Origin: Bacteroidota bacterium
Lineage (GTDB): Bacteria; Bacteroidota; Bacteroidia; 2-12-FULL-35-15
Length of the DNA: 64,000 nucleotides
Direction of reading: 5' to 3'
Assembly: GCA_040388745.1 (NCBI GenBank)
Contig: JAZKBF010000028.1
Location: 55,418-119,417, forward strand
Part shown: one piece after another, positions 63,501 to 64,000 of the stretch
Layout of the letters: every line of letters starts with the position of its first letter
Position numbering within the stretch: the stretch's first letter is position 1
Notes under the pieces: model-generated
Databases searched by the model: none
Told to the model about the DNA's origin: nothing
Seen by the model: the letters and a program-made list of their open reading frames with translations, nothing else
Program-made: the position numbers and the translations under genes

Positions 63501-64000
63501 CAAGTGCAACAGTAGGAGCATCCTTCGGATGGACCAGGGCAGTGGTTGCGGGTATCAGCCAAACTGCAGGCAGTGGGTCGGGTAACCCTTTGGAAACACT
63601 TACGAATACAACAATAGCTCCTGTAAATGTTACTTATATTTATACCCTGTCAGCTAACGGTTGTACAAATCCAACGACTTATAGTGTGGTTGTTAAAGTG
63701 AACCCTATACCAACATTAAACAGCAGCTCAACCGCTCCTGCAATTTGTAGCGGCACAGCTTTCAGTTATGCGCCAACAAGTGCAACCATAGGATCATCGT
63801 TTTCCTGGACAAGAGCCGCAGTAATAGGTATCAGCAATATATCGGGCAGTGGCACAGGAAATCCTAATGAAACCCTTTCAAATACAACACAAGCTTCAAT
63901 AAATGTTACCTACATTTATACTGTTTCCGCTGATGGTTGTACAAATGCAACAACTTTTAACGTGGTTGTTGCTGTAAATCCAACCCCAACATTAAGCAGC
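45548..64000 (+). CDS. partial (3' end beyond window) giant repetitive cell-surface protein of more than 6,150 aa: signal peptide, Gly-rich N-terminal domain, then ~65 tandem ~90-aa two-Cys Ig/PKD-like domains; probable T9SS-secreted SprB-like adhesin
   Basis: Reading frame 2 (ATG 45548, alternative ATG 45569) has no stop codon that I could find through to 64000 when read by hand. There is a 270-280-bp periodicity with the consensus LTPPAICSGTAFNYTPTSATAGATFTWTRAAVAGISN..SGTGNPNETLINTT.APVNVTYIYTVSANGCTN.TTF.VVVTVNP.PTLSS. Confidence 0.8.
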   Translation, partial: MGNIYSSMINIKKVIATLKMMLIASLLVVSDGFNNFSFAQSPQIYTSSNTFTVPACVSSITIEVVGGGGSGGGNGGGGGGGGGYSSGTFAVTAGANLAVTVGGAGTTTSVAALISATGGVNGGSVSNPTIGGGGAGGVGSGGSVNRTGGTGGGGYYTYFGGGGAGAAGSAGGGSNGGDVIAWTGSNCLQPGGSAGAGGGAPGGNGGKGAGFTEGTCTTSNPAAVGVNYGGGGGGGNGNGGAAQAGAGGYCKISWTANPAIATNTISAAQTICSGVVPAALAGSTPTGGSGAYTYLWESSTTSAGAGFAAASGTNTNIGYIPPALTATTWYRRTVYSGGCTDVSAAIEKTVNPIPTVTTAATASTCSGTGPNIALTASVASTFTWTIGTNPGAITGASASSGSPINQTLTNPSNSSSNAIQYLVTPTSTGGSCVGSAYTITVTVNPKPAISNASTKTICTSTGTAITLAANGVSSTYAWTLGAITGGITGASATSGSTISQTLVNPSNTTDGTVPYLVTPTSTTGSCVGVAYTITVTVTHAPTMTNVSTSTICSGTASGITLTANEASTFAWTIGTNAGGITGASAGSGSNMSQTLTNPSNSAVNTIQYIVTPTSTAGALCSGPSYTMTVTVNPKPAVNNAATGSTCSGTGPNFALTATAASTFTWTVGTITGAITGASNSSGTPINQTLTNPSNATDGTVQYLITPTSTTGTCVGAVFSLVETVNPTPAVTSAATKTICTATGTAITLAASAPSNFAWTLGAITGGITGASATNGAAISQTLTNPSNTGDGTVPYLVTPTSTTGSCVGNASTITVTVTHAPTITNAAAASICSGTATGITLTANEASTFAWTIGSNPGGITGASAGSGSNMSQTLTNPSNATANTIQYIVTPTSTAGALCAGPAFTITVTVNPKPVVTTAATDPTCNGTGPNISLTATAPSSFAWTIGTITGAITGASNSSGATINQTLTNPSTTTAGTVQYLVTPTSTTGSCVGVAYTITVTVNPEPIAIFTGGANQTVCSGVALPTPIALGTSNSIAGTTFAWTRDNTTNVTGTTSGSGNISALVLTNITTSPQTVTFTITPTGPTPTFCIGATITTTVVVNPIPVLNSSLTIPAICNGNTLSYGATSATSGATFAWTRAAVTNITPATSSGTGNVSEALTNGSGSPGAPINVTYVYTTTANGCSNAGQNVVATVNVLPIGTITNSAQTICSGATFSTMVLGTSNGVTSTTFTWTRNNGAITGIGASGSGGSIGGVALTNTTGSDQTITFTITPSCSGANLTATILVRASIVLNSTLSPPAICSGATFAYTPTSATGGATFAWTRPVVSDISSPGGASGAGSVSQVLNNSSTNSINVTYVYTTTNPGTGCSNAGENVVVAVEKAPVAAGTISGTPLICQAQTYSYSVPAIQNATTYTWSYSGTGVTINGSTSNITVSFSTSATSGNLTVRGTNSCGNGTISANYAIGLNANATIALTSTAGTNFQTVCVNIPIADITYLVGGGGTGAGVTALPTGISSSFSGSTLTISGTPTVVGTFPYTITTTGTCIQTSAAGSIIIAPLPTLNSSLAPPAVCSNSTFNYTPTSPVSGATFTWTRAAVAGISNGANSGTGNPGEILYNTTLTAVNVTYVYTVVANGCSSASISNVVVSVKPQALLSSSLTPPAICSGIAFTYTPASATAGSSFAWARAATGGISQAANSGTGDPNEILTNTTATTVNVTYVYTITATGCSYNQNVVVPVTPTPTLSSSLNPPAACSGVAVNYTPTSATPGASFTWTRAVVAGISNGAGSGTANPFETLTNTTTLAVNVTYIYTVTANSCTNLTTFSVIVPINPRPTLNTTLTPPAICSGTVFSYVPGSAVAGSTFAWARAAIGGISNPAANNTGNPSETLTNTSTAPINVTYVYTTAANGCSFDQSVVVTVNPKPTLNSSLAPTVCSGYTFNYVPTSATAGASFTWTRAVVVGISNGAGSGSGSPSEILTNTTTASVSATYIYTVSANSCVNATTFSVIVNVFPRPTLSSTLTPGAICSNVIFNYTPASAIGGATFAWARAAIPGISNAANNGVNNPAETLINTTAAPVNVTYIYTTSANGCSFDQNVIVTINPNPTLNSSLTPTVCSGAAFNYTPTSATAGASFAWTRAVVANISNGAGSGTGAPFETLYNTTTVSVNVTYIYTVAANACTNATTFSVVATVYPAPTLSSTLTPAAICSNTIFNYPPSSAIGGATFSWSRVAVGGISNAANSGINNPNETLINTSTVPVNVVYVYTTTANGCNNNQNVIVAVNPKPVLNSSLTPTVCSGASFNYTPTSATPGTTFTWTRAAVAGISNGANSGSGTPFETLFNTTGASVDVTYIYTLSANGCTNATTFSVVATVYSNPTLSSTTTPPAICSATLFSYVPSSSTGGATFSWSRATVPGISNASSSGTNNPNETLTNTSTAPINVTYIYTTSANGCNNNQNVIATVNPTPALNSNLTPSVCSNSTFNYTPTSATAGATFTWTRAAVGGISNGAGSGSGSPFETLINTTAAPVTTTYIFTVTANLCTNAATFSVVVTVNPRPALSSALTPPAICSGTVFSYAPTSATAGATFPWNRAAVGGISNAANNGTGNPSETLNNTTTAPVNVTYIYSTTANGCFFDQSVVVTVNPRPALNSSLTPSVCSNSAFNYTPTSATAGATFTWTRATVAGISNGVGSGAGSPFETLINTTANPVNVTYIFTVTANLCTNATTFSVVATVNPRPTLSSGLTPPAICSGTAFNYSPTSATAGATFPWARAAVGGISNAANNGTGDPGETLINTTTTPINVTYVYSTTANGCFFDQNVVVIVNPTPALNSNLAVAVCSHITTFNYTPTSATPGATFTWTRAVAANISNGAGSGSGSPSEVLFNITAAPVTCTYIFTVTANTCVNPTTFSVVVTVNPRPLLSSSLTPPAICSGTAFSYIPASATTGSTFPWFRAAVPGISNPATSGTGNPSEVLSNTTTTPINVTYTYGVTANGCQVNNNVIVTVYPPPTLNSTLAPGGYCSNSQQGYVVSYTPSSATPGATYTWTRAVVAGVSAGAGSGSGNIYEGLNNTTSANINVTYVYTVTANGCTNPTTYNVVIVLYPSPVLSTSTAPPAICSGTAFNYVPSSSVAGTTFTWWRGTTTGISQPASSGSGNPIEVLTNLSTFPVVVVYLFRGIANGCRYDVNVNLTVNPEPSLSSTITPPAICNNTAFSYIPTSDIVGATFAWTRAAVAGISNPAGSGTGNPNQILINTTTAPVNVTYVYTISANACTSLTTSSVVVSVNPNPGFTSSLTPPAICSGTAFNYSPTSGTAGALFTWSRAAVVGISNMAASSIGNPNEVLINTTAAPVNATYTYSISANGCTNPTTFNVIVSVNPNPTLTSTLTPPIICSDSVFNYVPTSAVTGATFSWVRQAVVGISNAPGSGTFNPNETLVNTTTGTINVTYVYTVSANGCANPTTYNVVVAVKICACNHSLSSSLTPPAICSSTPFNYIPTSSSPGASFTWTRAVVAGITNAAGTGSGNPNETLINTTVAPINVTYIYSVTMICTNPITYSVVVRVNPSPTLTSTLTPPAICSGIAFSYTPLSGTTGSTFPWTRAVISGLSNPFGSGTGNPSEVLTNTSSSPINVTYVYNVTANGCSNGQNVVVTVNPKPTLSSTLAPPAVCSGVVFNYSPTSSTGGVLFSWTRAAVAGISNVAASGTGNPAETLINTTAAPKNVTYIYTLSGSGCVNATTYSVVVAVNQEPTLSSTLSPPAICSGSTFYYTPTSATSGATFTWTRAAVVGISNPATFGSADPIETLINTTSVPKNVTYVYTLSAFGCVNSTTYSVVVVVNPTPLLSSVTLPPAICTGTVFSYVPTSATVGASFAWDRAAVIGISNVAATGTANPSETLVNTTSGPVNVTYVYTLTANACTNATTYNVVVTVKPTPILSSLLTPPAICSGATFNYTPTSATAGTTFSWARAVVAGISNVAASGSGNPAEVLANTTTNPVNVTYIYTLTANSCANPSTYSVVVQVNPVPIFISSLTPPSICSNTAFYYTAISSTAGASFSWTRAAVVGISNPATSGTGDPIETLINTTTIPKNVTYVYTVSANGCTNASTYSVVVIVNPIPTLGSVLLPPAICSGASFSYTATSVTAGATFAWTRAAVIGISNAAATGAGNVSEILTNTTVAPINVSYIYTVSANGCTNATLYNVVVRVNPTPTLSSTLAPPPVCSDSVFNYTPTSPVAGTTFTWTRAAVAGISNPAASGSGNPNESLTNTTASPINVTYIYTLSANGCLGATTYNVVLNVRVACQCNHSLSSSLTPPAVCSGIVFSYAPTSSSPGATYTWSRALVTGISNAASSGATNPNEILINTTSAPVNVTYIYYVTANACTNLNSFSVVVIINPRPLLSSTLTPAAICSGTTFNYIPASETSGASYTWSRATVTGISNSIGSGSGNPNETLINTLTTPVNVTYIYTISANACSFNQSVVVAINPTPTLSSSLAPPAICSGTAFNYSPTSGTTGASFTWTRAAVAGISNGLNNGTGNPGEVLINTTVNPINVTYVFSLSANSCPGGTTYSVVVRVNPLPTLSSTLTPLAICSGAAFSYIPTSNTTGTSFAWTRATVAGISNVAGLGTDNPNETLNNTIASNVNVTYIYTLSANGCTNASTFSVVVPVTAAPTLSSSLAPPAICSGTPFTYGPTSATSGASFAWTRAAVAGISNIAASGTGNPNETLTNTASTAINVTYVYTVSANGCTNPTTYNVVVTVNLLPTLSSSLAPSAICSSALFNYTATSATGGASFTWTRAVVAGISNAAGSGTGNLNETLINTTNSSVNVTYVYSVTANGCTNPTTYSVVILVNPAATLSSTLTPSAICSGTVFNYSPSSLTTGATFAWARAAVAGISNTAGGNAGNPNEVLTNTTTAPINVTYVYSVTANGCLNPTTYNVVVPVNPTPALSSSSSPPAICSGTVFSYAPTSATTGATFLWTRAVVAGISNIGGSGAGNPNETIINTTAASVNVTYIYTVTANLCANATTYNVVVAITPSPTLSSSLAPPAFCSGTPFNYTPLCPTSGASFTWTRAVVAGISQIASSGTGNPNETLTNLTIASVNVTYIYTVSANGCTNPTTFSVVVPVTAAPTLSSSLAPPAFCSGTAFSYTPLSATVGATFAWTRAVVAGISNLANSGTNNPNEVLTNTTTAPVNVTYVYTVSANGCANATTFSVVVPVNPIPVLNSSLAPPAICSGTPFAYGPTSATTGALFAWTRAAVSGISNIASNGTSNPNETLINTTTAGVNATYVYTVTANGCTNASTFNVVVTVYPAPILSSSLTPPTICSGNAFSYTPASATPSVAFAWTRALVTGISNISNSGAGNPNEILTNTTANPVNVTYVYTLSANGCTNPITFSVVVTVTPAPTLSSTLTPPAICSSTLFNYSPTSSTPGATFTWTRGVVGGISQPAGSGTGDPNEALTNTTGAPINVTYVYTVSINLCTNPTTYNVVVSVILAPTLNSSLAPPTICTGSLFSYAPTTATPPAAFSWTRAAVAGISEIAGSGTGNPSEILTNTTTSPINVTYLYTVSANGCVNSTAYSVVVTVSPKPTLSSTLSPPAVVCGAPFNYTPLSATGGAAFSWTRGVVVGISNIAGSGTNDPNEVLTNTTDNPINVTYVYSVSANGCTNPTTFSVVVAVSPTPTLSSSLSPPAFCSGTAFSYTPTSATVGATFAWTRAVVLGVSNSASAGANNPNEILTNTVTVPVNVKYVYTVSANGCTNATNFNVIVPVNPNPTLNSTATPPGICSGSVFSYAPTSATTGSTFSWTRASVAGISQIAGSGFTNPLETLTNTTAASVNVTYIYTVSANTCTNATTFNVVVTVYANPLLTSSLTPPAVVCGAAFNYSPTSTTSGAAFGWTRAVVAGISNIAASGAGNPSETLNNTTINPINVTYVYTVAANGCTNATTFNVVVAVNPTPILSSTLTPPAICSNTSFTYTPSSATVGASFGWTRAVVAGISQTAGSGSGNPLETLTNTTIAPVNVTYIYTLSANGCTNPTTYSVVVKVNPIPTLNSSSTAPAICSGTAFSYAPTSATIGSSFSWTRAAVIGISNISGSGTGNPNETLSNTTQASINVTYIYTVSADGCTNATTFNVVVAVNPTPTLSS

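Overview
The window is a low-GC chromosomal segment from a Bacteroidetes genome, probably Sphingobacteriia or Chitinophagia. The assignment rests on a TAnnTTTG-type promoter box, HisKA_2 kinases, bshC, T9SS C-terminal-domain proteins and a giant SprB-like adhesin. Most of 1-23 kb and 28-45 kb is ordinary housekeeping. On the + strand the main genes are an AI-2E transporter, rimO, bshC, queE, a TPR/TolB/OmpA protein, mnmE, a PAS histidine kinase with a stand-alone receiver, a PlsB-like GPAT coupled to gpsA, maf, mtaB, an ECF sigma factor, an SDR, thiolase and an NlpC/P60 peptidase. On the - strand they are a NUDIX hydrolase, a vWA membrane protein, fabG, sucD, a GT2 glycosyltransferase, a cupin, a GWxTD-like protein, a 7TM-HD protein, SanA and a UbiA prenyltransferase. 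One tRNA-Ser(UGA) is present. Three things stand out. (1) A translationally coupled three-gene module at 23393-27788 encodes an 895-aa MukB/MksB/JetC-type SMC-like ATPase followed by 397-aa and 174-aa partners that look MukF/MksF-like and MukE/MksE-like. The order is B-F-E rather than mukFEB, no JetD/MksG-like nuclease gene is adjacent, and the module is bounded by a terminator hairpin and a palindromic repeat. It is a candidate stand-alone condensin-like or plasmid-defence system that is unusual for a Bacteroidetes genome. (2) A giant open reading frame starts at 45548 and runs to the window end at 64000 with no stop codon that I could find reading in frame. That is more than 6,150 codons. 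It is absent from the supplied ORF track, presumably because it has no stop within the window. It encodes a signal peptide, a Gly-rich N-terminal domain, and about 65 tandem ~90-aa two-cysteine Ig/PKD-like domains with higher-order 2-unit and 9-unit super-repeats. It is most likely a T9SS-secreted adhesin. (3) Several small repeat families are present. Two copies of a ~100-nt element keep their flanks and two hairpins but the hairpin stems covary, which suggests a structured RNA. A GTCATTTCGAGC..GTCGAGAAAG palindrome family occurs at three loci. A nested GTCATTGCGA palindrome occurs once in full with one partial copy. A 31-nt palindrome occurs in two inverted copies. The many minus-strand ORFs listed over 45.6-54.6 kb are antisense artefacts of the repeat gene.
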